Source: Bacteroidota bacterium
Lineage (GTDB): Bacteria; Bacteroidota; Bacteroidia; JABEUT01
Length of the DNA stretch: 64,000 bases
Direction of reading: 5' to 3'
NCBI GenBank assembly: GCA_013285655.1
Contig: JABDHI010000003.1
Span: forward strand, 1,310 to 65,309
The notes beneath the pieces were generated by a model. It was not told the origin of the DNA and searched no databases. It worked only from the letters and a program-made list of their open reading frames with translations. Numbering within the stretch: the stretch's first letter is position 1; every line of letters begins with the position of its first letter. Both the position numbers and the translations under genes were made by a program. Positions 10,337 to 19,422 of this stretch are shown here, one piece after another.

Positions 10337-11431
10337 GTGAAAAAACGAATACTCATAGTAATAGGCACCCGCCCTAATTTCATTAAGGTTACCCAATTTA
10401 AAAGATTGGTAGCGCAATACCCGAATTTAGATTGCCAGATAGTTCATACAGGGCAGCATTTCGACGATGCTATGTCTTCGGTGTTCTTTAAGCAGTTTAA
10501 CCTACAGCCCGATATATTTTTGAATATAAAGCCCGGTTCTCCTGTTTCGCAAATAGCTGAGATAATGTTAGGGCTTGAAAAGGTAGTAAATGAATATAAG
10601 CCCAATCTTATTATTGTTCCGGGAGATGTAAACTCAACACTTGCAGGTGCATTGGTTGCTACCCGAATGGATATACCACTTGCTCACCTCGAAAGCGGAC
10701 TGCGTAGTGAGGACCGCACTATGCCTGAAGAGATTAACCGAGTGCTTACTGATGCCATAGCCGATTACTTTTTTGTAACAGAGCAAAGCGGTTATGATCA
10801 CTTGATAAAAGAAGGACGAAAAAAAGAAAGTATATACTTTGTAGGCAATACCATGATAGATACCATGGTTGCTTTTTCTGACAGTATTGAAAAGTGTACA
10901 ATATTAAATAAGCTTAATATCAGCCCTAAGAAGTTTGTATTGATGACCATTCATCGTCCTTCGAATGTTGATACCGAAGAAGGCTTAACGAAACTTAGTA
11001 GGCTGATTGCACATCTTACAAAAAGATACAAGCTTGTTTTTCCGGTGCACCCACGTACTGTGAAAAATATGCAGAAGTTTGGCTTGTATGATGAGATTAA
11101 GCAAAATCCGAATTTGATATTCTCTGAGCCAATGGATTACTTTTCTTTTCAGAAGCTTATAAAAGAAAGCGCCTTTATAATTACCGATAGCGGAGGGATA
11201 CAGGAAGAATCTACTTTCTTGCAAATACCTTGTCTTACACTAAGAGCTAACACCGAGAGGCCAGTGACGGTTACCTTGGGTACTAATGAACTTATTCCTT
11301 TCGATCTGGATTTGATTCAGCAGAAAATAGAAAGTATTGAGAAGGGAACATACAAAAAAGGTACTATACCACCCATGTGGGATGGCAAATCGACGGAAAG
11401 AATAGTAAAAGTGCTTTCTGAAATTCTCTAG
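10337..11431 (+). CDS. wecB: UDP-N-acetylglucosamine 2-epimerase (non-hydrolysing type), GTG start
   Basis: ILIVIGTRPNFIKV...VHTGQHFD...IIVPGDVNSTLAGALVA...HLESGLRS are WecB hallmark motifs. Confidence 0.85.
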   Translation: MKKRILIVIGTRPNFIKVTQFKRLVAQYPNLDCQIVHTGQHFDDAMSSVFFKQFNLQPDIFLNIKPGSPVSQIAEIMLGLEKVVNEYKPNLIIVPGDVNSTLAGALVATRMDIPLAHLESGLRSEDRTMPEEINRVLTDAIADYFFVTEQSGYDHLIKEGRKKESIYFVGNTMIDTMVAFSDSIEKCTILNKLNISPKKFVLMTIHRPSNVDTEEGLTKLSRLIAHLTKRYKLVFPVHPRTVKNMQKFGLYDEIKQNPNLIFSEPMDYFSFQKLIKESAFIITDSGGIQEESTFLQIPCLTLRANTERPVTVTLGTNELIPFDLDLIQQKIESIEKGTYKKGTIPPMWDGKSTERIVKVLSEIL

Positions 11432-12099
11432 AATAAGCCTCCGAACAGCTTACTGTCAATAACCTTAATTACCTTATCAAGGTCATCTTGCTTCTCTGAG
11501 AAATTATTATCGTCAACGTCAATGATAATAAGCTTACCCTTAGTTTCATGTTCGTAAGTGTCAATCCATGCTTCGTAACGCTCATTTAATCTTCTGAGGT
11601 AATCGAGGCGGATAGATTCTTCGTAAGGGCGACCACGTTTTTGTATTTGCTTTACCAATGTAGGCACTGTTGCCCTCAGGTAAATAAGTATATCGGGTGG
11701 CAATACAAACTCGAGCATGGTTGCAAATAACGACATGTAATTTTCATAATCACGTGTGGTCATTAAACCCATTGAATGAAGGTTGGATGCAAAAATGTAT
11801 CCATCTTCGTATATGGTGCGGTCTTGTATAACAGTCTTGTTGTTCTTACGTATTTGCTGTATCTGTTGTAAGCGGCTGTTTAAAAATGATACTTGCAGGT
11901 TGAATGACCAGCGCTGCATGTCTTCGTAAAAATCATTTAAGTAAGGGTTCTCATCTGCATCTTCAAAGTGAGGTTTCCACTTGTAGTGTTTTGCCAGCAA
12001 ACGCGTAAGGGTTGTTTTGCCTGAGCCTATATTACCTGCTACTGCTATAAGTTTACCTTGCATGATACGTAATGATTTCGCTATGTTATTTTGAAACAC
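11428..12099 (-). CDS. deoxynucleoside kinase (dAK/dGK/dCK family)
   Basis: The P-loop AVAGNIGSGKTTL, together with the ...FED...ENPYL and ...DR...ED motifs, marks deoxynucleoside kinases. Confidence 0.85.
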   Translation of the reverse strand: MFQNNIAKSLRIMQGKLIAVAGNIGSGKTTLTRLLAKHYKWKPHFEDADENPYLNDFYEDMQRWSFNLQVSFLNSRLQQIQQIRKNNKTVIQDRTIYEDGYIFASNLHSMGLMTTRDYENYMSLFATMLEFVLPPDILIYLRATVPTLVKQIQKRGRPYEESIRLDYLRRLNERYEAWIDTYEHETKGKLIIIDVDDNNFSEKQDDLDKVIKVIDSKLFGGLF

Positions 12100-12325
12100 A
12101 GCAAAAATAGTTAATTAACTATTCCATGCAAGGAATAAATAATAATTCTGAAGGGAAATTATTTTGCATAATTGAGATGTGATAAAATGTGATTAAATGC
12201 CATGATGGTGGTGAAGCAGAGCTTGATAATAAGATTTAATATTCAGCTAACAGAATTGTTATATATTGGGGCAGTAAATTCGTCTTTAGTAGATCAAATA
12301 ATAATAAACCCAAAAACAAATCATC

Positions 12326-12712
12326 ATGGAAAAAACAGCAAACGCATTAAACTGGTTCGAAATTCCTGCAAAGGATATTACCAGGGCAAAGAAATTTTAT
12401 GAATCTATTTTTAACATTAAAATGGAAGACATGCCTGAAATGATGGGCATGAAAATGTCAAGTTTCCCGGCAGACATGGGTAATGGAAAAGTTTCTGGCG
12501 CTTTGGCTCAAAGCACAAACCACAAACCTTCTACCGATGGAGCTGTTGTTTATTTAAATGCCAACCCAAGTATTCAAACTGTAATTGATAGGATTGAATC
12601 AAACGGTGGCAAAGTTGTGATGCCTAAAACACAAATATCTCCTGAAATTGGTTGTATGGCATTCTTCGTTGATACTGAAGGTAATAGGGTGGGGTTGCAC
12701 GCACAAAACTAA
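12326..12712 (+). CDS. VOC (glyoxalase/bleomycin-resistance/dioxygenase) family protein
   Basis: ALNWFEIPAKDITRAKKFYESIF...GCMAFFVDTEGNRVGLH shows the VOC fold motifs. Size 128 aa. Confidence 0.7.
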   Translation: MEKTANALNWFEIPAKDITRAKKFYESIFNIKMEDMPEMMGMKMSSFPADMGNGKVSGALAQSTNHKPSTDGAVVYLNANPSIQTVIDRIESNGGKVVMPKTQISPEIGCMAFFVDTEGNRVGLHAQN

Positions 12713-12736
12713 AGCTGTATTTAAGGCACGAGAAGC

Positions 12737-12760
12737 CCTGCAATATGCAGGTTTTTTTTT
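12737..12760 (+). terminator. rho-independent terminator after the VOC gene
   Basis: GC-rich hairpin cctgc-aatat-gcagg followed by T9. Confidence 0.55.
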
Positions 12761-12833
12761 GTTTTATAAAACTCAATCTAAAAGGTTCATATTTTGTTGA
12801 TATAATATTATTGGAAAGAAGACTCGAAAAAAC

Positions 12834-12841
12834 TATATTTG
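12834..12841 (+). promoter_or_regulatory. Bacteroidota sigma-A -7 box (TATATTTG) upstream of the SprB-repeat adhesin gene
   Basis: Matches the TAnnTTTG consensus about 45 bp upstream of the ATG at 12887. Confidence 0.35.
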
Positions 12842-12886
12842 TATAGTTAAGAAAACTAAATCGTTTATTTTGTTTGAAAGAGTAGT

Positions 12887-15800
12887 ATGAAATTAAAAAT
12901 ACAAAGTTTTTTATTTATTCTTATCGGCCTGTTTTGGTTTGGTAAAAGTTTCTCTCAAACTGTTAGTATACCTCATGAGTATTTATTTTTTAGCCGCGAT
13001 ACTTTAAATGGATTTGATTGGAAAGGAGCCCTGGGTAGTCACGAAGCCAAAGGTCTAAAAGGAGAAAGACTTTTAAGATATATACATATTAAGGAAAGGC
13101 AGTTTGTTGTAGACAAGTATAATTTGTCAATGCTAGAAGAATCTGATAATACACCAACACCTAAATATGATGCTGCCTTTGCATCGGTTTGTAATAATGC
13201 TGATTTCGAGACAGGTGATTTTACAAATTGGACTGGGTTTGTTGGTCAAAATGCCAATTCAACCAAAGCTTTAAAGAGTATTGTAGCTGGAATTGCCCCT
13301 AACCAAGGTGCAACTAATGCTGCAGAATCTTCGTGTAACTGGTTTACGTTATGTACAGCTGCTTCTCCTGTTGATCCATATGGTAGCTTTCCAATGCTTG
13401 ATCCAGGTGGAGGGAAGTATGCTTGTCGTATAGGAGGAGAGAGTGCGAATGCTGGTTGTAACTATAGTAATGGTGGTTTTCCAGCTGACGGTGTTGGAGA
13501 GCTTATTCAACAGGCATATACAGTTACATCTGCTAACTCGCTTTTTACCTTTAGATATGCCGTTTGTCTTTGTGATGGCGGACATACTTTAACTGAAGCA
13601 CCTTATTTTGAAGCACAAGTACTTGATGCATCTGGTGCTAAAATTACATGCTTGGATTATAATATTCATTGTACTAACGGTACTCCTCCTGCTGGATTTC
13701 AAACCTCTAATACGACTGCTGCTCAAGCTTTGTCAGATCCCGTATATTATAAGGGATGGACTACCTTATCTTTTAATCTGAAGCCGTATATTGGAACGAC
13801 AGTTACTCTTCAGTTTATTGCTGCAGGCTGTATTTATGATGTGCATTTCGGGTATGCTTATATAGACTGCTCTTGTGGCCAGGTTTACCCTACTATTGTA
13901 CCTACATGTACTAACGCTACATTAACGGGTCCTCCAGGTGATAGTTTATATGCATGGTCAGGGCCTAGTATAGTAGGCCCATCCAATGGTCAATCAGTAG
14001 TAGTTAACCAAAGTGGAACGTATACCTTGGATGTTACTATAAGTAAAGGTTGTACCTATACATTAGATACAACGGTTACTATTAACCCTTCACTTACTGT
14101 TACAACTACCCCCAATAATATTGCTTGCTTTGGAGAAAAAGGCAATATCACTTCAAACGTAACCGGAGGTAATCCCGGGTATACTTATAGTTGGAATAAT
14201 GGAGAGACTGGAGCAAAGGATTCATTATTACCTGCCGGAACATATACATTAACAGTTAAAGATTTGTCAGGATGTACACAAACATCAACTGCAACAATAA
14301 CCGGACCTACTAAATTAACAGCTACACTTTCCACAACTCCATCGAATTGTTCCTCAAATAATGGTTCCGCTACAGTAGCGGTAAGTAATGGAAGTCCTGC
14401 GTATACTTATTCATGGAATACTGGACAAACTACCTCGGCTATTACAAATGTTGCCGCAGGTACCTATTCAGTTACTATTACTGATACGCATAGCTGCAGC
14501 ATTGATACTGTGGTTACCGTACCGAGTACGGGTGCAACAATTACACCAACTATAACGGCTACTAATATACTGTGTAATGGAGCGGCAAATGGCACTGCAT
14601 CTTTAACGGGTATAAGTGGGGGAACGCCAGGCTATACTTATTCTTGGAGTAATGGAATTACAGGAACTAATATTACTGGGTTATCTGCAGGTGCCTATAC
14701 TATTACAGCTAAAGATGCTAATGGCTGTATTGGTACAGCTACTATCGCAGTTACTGAGCCAACAGCAATCAATCCTGTTGTAGCTACTACTAATGTATTA
14801 TGTAATGGCGGGAATGGAAGTATAACTACCGCTGGTACTTCTGGTGGTACACCGGGATATACTTATTCATGGACAAACGGAGCAACTACATCTGCTATAA
14901 CTGCAGGTGCGGGCTCATACACGGTAACTATTACAGATAATAATAGTTGTACTGTTACGGCCAATTCAACTATAACACAACCGGCAGTTATAACAGAAAC
15001 CTCCTCAATTACTCCACCTACATGCGGTTCAAGTAATGGCTCCGCCGGTTTAGTTACGGTGTCTGGTGGAACTCCCGGATATACATATAAGTGGAGCTCA
15101 GGTCAAACTACTTCAACGATTTCGGGTATAGCAGTTGGAAACTTTACCGTTACTATTACCGATGCAAATAATTGTACGCAACCTGTACCAATTGTAGTAC
15201 CTAATTCAAATGGGCCGAGAGATTCTATTACTAATACGGTAAATGAAAAATGTTTTGGGCAAACCATTGGTAGCGCAACTGTGGGGGTAGCAAATGGAAC
15301 CCCCGGATATACCTATGCATGGACTCCAAGCGGTGGCACTAATGCAACGGCTAGTAATCTGGCTGCTGGCGTTTATACGGTTACCGTTCAAGATGCGGCA
15401 GGTTGTAGTACTTCAGCAATTGATACTATAAAACAACCTACGCAGTTATTGCTTAGTGGCGCATCTTTTCCTGTAAGTTGTAATGGAGAGTGTAATGGTC
15501 AGTTGTTAAGTATCCCTTCTGGTGGTACTAAGCCATATATATATTCATGGAGTAATGGGGCTACATCAACGAGTCAATTAAATGTATGTGCCGGAACTTA
15601 TTCGGTTGTTGTTACTGATGCGAATGGTTGTGTTGTTGATAGTACTGGTCTTGTCGTTAGTCAACCAACTCCGGTAACCGGAGCGGTTACGCCGGTTACG
15701 GCAACATGTGGGCTTCCTAATGGAAGTGCTTGTGTTAATGGAGGCTCTGCCGGCGGCGGAACGCCTGGGTATACATATGCGTGGAGTAATGGGGCAACCA

Positions 15801-17416
15801 CAACATGTATAAATAATGTTTTACCCACTAATTATACTTTGATAATTACAGATGCTAATAAATGTAAGGATACTGTTAATTTTATTGTTCCTAGTTTACC
15901 TGGCGACACTGCAATAATTACCGGAATTACAGATGTACTATGTTTTGGTGGTAATAATGGTTCAGCGGTTGGCGGAGGGAAAGGCGGAACACAACCATAT
16001 TCTTATTCCTGGAGTCCAACATCACAAACTACACAAACTGCATCCAACCTTATTGCGGGTAATTATACATTAACAGTAACTGATAAAATTGGTTGCACTA
16101 GTACAGTAACTGTTACAATAACTCAACCTGCTTTGGTAGTAGCTACACCAAGTGGCCCCCAGGTTATATGTATTGGGCAATCGGCTACCTTATCTGTTTC
16201 AGCGATAGGCGGTACGCCAGGATATACTTATAACTGGATGCCTGGGAATTTAACTGGCCCTTCTGTCAGCGTTTCGCCTTCTAAAACTACAACCTATACT
16301 ATTACTACTGTCGATGCAAATAATTGCCCTTCATTGCCGGTTTATGTTACAGTTACAGTAAACCCCCCATTAACTATTAGTATTTCTCCTAACAAAGCAA
16401 CTTGTCCGGGGGGAAGCTTAAGCTTTACAGCTACTGTTAAAGGGGGAGATGGAATTTATACCTACAGTTGGGTACCACCCGCAGGTTTAAATGATACCAA
16501 TACGGCCACAGTAACATCAACGCCGGGTACTACTACCGAATATACTGTAACCGTGCACGATGCTTGTGGTGATGTTCCCGTAATAGATAGTGTAAAAGCC
16601 ATAGTTGATCCTATACCAGTGGTTAATTTTATTGCTGATACCTTGAATGGATGTACCCCTTTGTGTATTAGATTTAATGACACTAGCACTATTGCTGCCA
16701 GTGGAAATATAAGCTCATGGAGCTGGACATTTGGCGATGGAGGAGCATCTGTAGCAAAGGATACTATGTATTGTTATCAAAATGCTGGTGTGTATACAGT
16801 TGGCTTAATAGTAACGTCTGATAGCGGTTGTGTTGATAGTCTGATAATCCCTAATATGATAACAGCATACAGCCACCCTGTGGCTAAATTCTCAGCATCG
16901 CCACAACCAACTACTATAATGAACCCTACCATCTATTTTAAAGATGAAAGTACTGATGCATATGGTATAAAAACATGGTTCTGGGAATTTAAGGATCAAA
17001 CAGATAATACCAGCTCAATTGAAAACCCACAACATACCTTTATTGATACAGGACGATATTGCCCTGAATTGACTGTAGTAAATATTCATAATTGTGTGGA
17101 TTCAACTGAAGAATGTATTGAAATATCTCCATTTTTTACTATTTATATTCCTAATGCATTTTCGCCAAACGGTGATGGTTTAAATGATGTGTTTACCGCT
17201 AAAGGAACTTACATATGTAGCTTTGGCATGTATATATTCGACAGATGGGGAATGATGCTTTATAACACTAATGATATTAACCAAGGGTGGGACGGTACAG
17301 TAAATGGTGGCACCAATATTGCACAAGAGGATACTTATGTTTACCTTATTGAAGCAGTTGATTGTGTAGAACATAAGAAACACCGTTTTGTTGGTCGGGT
17401 TAGTATAGTTAAATAA
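12887..17416 (+). CDS. 1509-aa secreted cell-surface adhesin. It has a signal peptide, an N-terminal domain, about 10 SprB repeats, PKD-like domains and a T9SS type-B C-terminal sorting domain (17130..17413).
   Basis: Repeats of the form C.G..NG...GG.PGYTYSWSNG.TT..I..L.AG.YT.T.TDANGC are SprB repeats. The C-terminus FTIYIPNAFSPNGDGLNDVFTAKG...FDRWGMMLY...GWDG...YVY matches the gliding-motility / T9SS type-B sorting domain. Confidence 0.85.
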   Translation: MKLKIQSFLFILIGLFWFGKSFSQTVSIPHEYLFFSRDTLNGFDWKGALGSHEAKGLKGERLLRYIHIKERQFVVDKYNLSMLEESDNTPTPKYDAAFASVCNNADFETGDFTNWTGFVGQNANSTKALKSIVAGIAPNQGATNAAESSCNWFTLCTAASPVDPYGSFPMLDPGGGKYACRIGGESANAGCNYSNGGFPADGVGELIQQAYTVTSANSLFTFRYAVCLCDGGHTLTEAPYFEAQVLDASGAKITCLDYNIHCTNGTPPAGFQTSNTTAAQALSDPVYYKGWTTLSFNLKPYIGTTVTLQFIAAGCIYDVHFGYAYIDCSCGQVYPTIVPTCTNATLTGPPGDSLYAWSGPSIVGPSNGQSVVVNQSGTYTLDVTISKGCTYTLDTTVTINPSLTVTTTPNNIACFGEKGNITSNVTGGNPGYTYSWNNGETGAKDSLLPAGTYTLTVKDLSGCTQTSTATITGPTKLTATLSTTPSNCSSNNGSATVAVSNGSPAYTYSWNTGQTTSAITNVAAGTYSVTITDTHSCSIDTVVTVPSTGATITPTITATNILCNGAANGTASLTGISGGTPGYTYSWSNGITGTNITGLSAGAYTITAKDANGCIGTATIAVTEPTAINPVVATTNVLCNGGNGSITTAGTSGGTPGYTYSWTNGATTSAITAGAGSYTVTITDNNSCTVTANSTITQPAVITETSSITPPTCGSSNGSAGLVTVSGGTPGYTYKWSSGQTTSTISGIAVGNFTVTITDANNCTQPVPIVVPNSNGPRDSITNTVNEKCFGQTIGSATVGVANGTPGYTYAWTPSGGTNATASNLAAGVYTVTVQDAAGCSTSAIDTIKQPTQLLLSGASFPVSCNGECNGQLLSIPSGGTKPYIYSWSNGATSTSQLNVCAGTYSVVVTDANGCVVDSTGLVVSQPTPVTGAVTPVTATCGLPNGSACVNGGSAGGGTPGYTYAWSNGATTTCINNVLPTNYTLIITDANKCKDTVNFIVPSLPGDTAIITGITDVLCFGGNNGSAVGGGKGGTQPYSYSWSPTSQTTQTASNLIAGNYTLTVTDKIGCTSTVTVTITQPALVVATPSGPQVICIGQSATLSVSAIGGTPGYTYNWMPGNLTGPSVSVSPSKTTTYTITTVDANNCPSLPVYVTVTVNPPLTISISPNKATCPGGSLSFTATVKGGDGIYTYSWVPPAGLNDTNTATVTSTPGTTTEYTVTVHDACGDVPVIDSVKAIVDPIPVVNFIADTLNGCTPLCIRFNDTSTIAASGNISSWSWTFGDGGASVAKDTMYCYQNAGVYTVGLIVTSDSGCVDSLIIPNMITAYSHPVAKFSASPQPTTIMNPTIYFKDESTDAYGIKTWFWEFKDQTDNTSSIENPQHTFIDTGRYCPELTVVNIHNCVDSTEECIEISPFFTIYIPNAFSPNGDGLNDVFTAKGTYICSFGMYIFDRWGMMLYNTNDINQGWDGTVNGGTNIAQEDTYVYLIEAVDCVEHKKHRFVGRVSIVK

Positions 17417-17428
17417 ATTGCAAGTAAA

Positions 17429-17836
17429 ATGCCAAAGACAATTACGCAAAAGGTAATGTTTAAGAACACTGATTCAGATGTTCTGTATTCTATGTTCCTC
17501 GATTCAAAGCATCATACAGTGATAACCGGTGGTGTTCCGGCAAAAATATCTGCTAAAGAAGGTGCAAAGTTTTCAGTGCATGAAGGATATATAACCGGAA
17601 AGAATCTGCAGTTGGTTAAAAACAAATTAATAGTTCAGTCGTGGTATGGATCTGATTGGGCAAAGGATGATGTGGATTCTACTTTTATTTTATTGTTCGA
17701 GCAAAAAGGTAAAGATGCTGTTATTAATATGGTGCATGCTAATATACCCGATGAGCACGCCGATAGTATTAAACAAGGCTGGAATGATTACTATTGGAAG
17801 CCATGGAAAAACTATTTGGCTTCTTTGAAAAAATAG
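17429..17836 (+). CDS. SRPBCC-superfamily protein (Activator of Hsp90 ATPase homolog 1-like)
   Basis: 135 aa. The pattern ...VHEGY..G.....V.NKLIVQSW....W is typical of AHSA1-like SRPBCC proteins. Confidence 0.6.
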   Translation: MPKTITQKVMFKNTDSDVLYSMFLDSKHHTVITGGVPAKISAKEGAKFSVHEGYITGKNLQLVKNKLIVQSWYGSDWAKDDVDSTFILLFEQKGKDAVINMVHANIPDEHADSIKQGWNDYYWKPWKNYLASLKK

Positions 17837-17841
17837 AGCCT

Positions 17842-18255
17842 ATGAAAATTATAGTAATAACAATAATTGTTACTTTATTTCTTTGTGTTGACTGTAAGGC
17901 CCAAAAAGTTCCTTCGCCTTCTGATCCTTGTCAAAAACTTGATACTAATAATATAAAACAACTTTTGCTGGGTACCTGGGCTGATGTAAGTGATACATCC
18001 CACACAATTTACTTTTCACCCGATTCTTTGGTTGAAAATATTAAAGTGAATATGGATGGTAAACCTAAAAGCGATGTTTCGTATTGGTCGTACAAATTAA
18101 TCGATAACCTTTTTTCATCTGATGCAGTTACTTGCTATTCACTCAGGGAAATGAAAGAAGGCTATGCTCACCATACTGATGTTGCTATAAATTCAGTGGA
18201 TGCCCATTATCTACTATTAGGTTCAGGAGGGAAGTCGGTTTTCAGAAAAAGGTAA
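17842..18255 (+). CDS. hypothetical secreted/lipoprotein. Start chosen at the internal ATG (MKIIVITIIVTLFLCVDC); the ORF track starts at 17794.
   Basis: Signal peptide with lipobox-like LCVDC. The upstream extension overlaps the preceding gene. Confidence 0.45.
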   Translation: MKIIVITIIVTLFLCVDCKAQKVPSPSDPCQKLDTNNIKQLLLGTWADVSDTSHTIYFSPDSLVENIKVNMDGKPKSDVSYWSYKLIDNLFSSDAVTCYSLREMKEGYAHHTDVAINSVDAHYLLLGSGGKSVFRKR

Positions 18256-18284
18256 TTGGATAATCTTCTTAAAGCAACCTAACA

Positions 18285-19373
18285 TTAATAGGGGATATTA
18301 TTATTACGCATACCGTCTTGTCCGCTTAGAAAAGGGTTCGGATTAAGGAACCGAAGCGATATTTCAAAACCTCCTAGTCCTGTAGTTGCATTTATTAATG
18401 ATGATGTGTTAAGGTCATAGCTTAAACCAATTGCATATGAACCCAGTTCTAGTCCTAATAATGCAACTATAGCATCATTCCATCGATAATACGCACCTAA
18501 GTATATTGCGGCCCCTTGTTCACCCGTGTATTTGTGTTGCGACCTAAGGGCATACCGCAGTTTTGAACCAATATCAAACTCCTGTGCAGGCCCTTGTTGC
18601 ATGAACATAAAAGAGGGTACAATGCCAAAATTGGTATTGTTAATAAGGTAAAATACATTACCATGCAATACAAAGCGCATGTATAAATCAGATCCTGGCG
18701 TTGATTGACCGTAGTATGATAATTGGGGTTCGTTTACATGGAATACGGCCGCTCCCAAATTTAATTTAAATTGATTGTTCTTTGTCATCGTGGTTTGGCC
18801 TTGTGTATAATGATAGTAAATACCCGCAGAAAAGTCAAGGTAAGAGAATGAGTTACCTGTTGACGGTTCACCACTTGGTGCGTGGGGGTCATACTGGCCA
18901 TTAATTACCTGTTCTCCCCATTCAATGTTTTGCAAATTTATACTTTGCTGTCCCCAGCCTGCCTGCAGGCCTCCAGAAAGGCTACTTGATGGATTTAAAT
19001 AAATGCCGCTGGCAATTGTAAGATCAACATTGGTTGTTTGCAGGTTAGCATTGGCAGTCTTATCTGAGAAAAAGGATATGCCTGGCGACAAGTAGCCTTT
19101 TATCCATTTCTTCATTACGTTATGTAGTTGAAATGAGGCTGCCATAGTATTGTATCCGTAATTACTGCCAGATATAGTTGGCCATTGGTTGCGGTAGTTG
19201 ACTGTAGCTAAAATTTGACCACTATATGCTCCGCAAACTGCAGGGTTTAAAGTAAGTGGGCTTTCATCAAACTGCGAAAAATGTATATCCTGAGCATTTA
19301 GCGTAAAGCTTAATGCAAACAAGATCACTTTCGATAGAAGCGTTTTGTAAAATGAACCTTTTTTTGTGTTCAT
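18285..19373 (-). CDS. T9SS membrane protein of the PorP/SprF family
   Basis: Signal peptide, then AQDIHFSQFDESPLTLNPAVCGAY, which is the family N-terminal consensus QD.hFSQ....P...NPA..G. Size 362 aa. It lies immediately downstream of a type-B sorting-domain adhesin on the same strand, a sprB-sprF-like arrangement. Confidence 0.85.
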   Translation of the reverse strand: MNTKKGSFYKTLLSKVILFALSFTLNAQDIHFSQFDESPLTLNPAVCGAYSGQILATVNYRNQWPTISGSNYGYNTMAASFQLHNVMKKWIKGYLSPGISFFSDKTANANLQTTNVDLTIASGIYLNPSSSLSGGLQAGWGQQSINLQNIEWGEQVINGQYDPHAPSGEPSTGNSFSYLDFSAGIYYHYTQGQTTMTKNNQFKLNLGAAVFHVNEPQLSYYGQSTPGSDLYMRFVLHGNVFYLINNTNFGIVPSFMFMQQGPAQEFDIGSKLRYALRSQHKYTGEQGAAIYLGAYYRWNDAIVALLGLELGSYAIGLSYDLNTSSLINATTGLGGFEISLRFLNPNPFLSGQDGMRNNNIPY

Positions 19374-19422
19374 TTTTGTTATGCTTTACAATATAGTTTC
19401 ATACATATTCATTTTAAGTAAG

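Noticed and set aside
12202-12402. 66-aa ORF upstream of the VOC gene
   Set aside because: It sits in the divergent promoter region and overlaps the start of the VOC gene out of frame. Likely non-coding.
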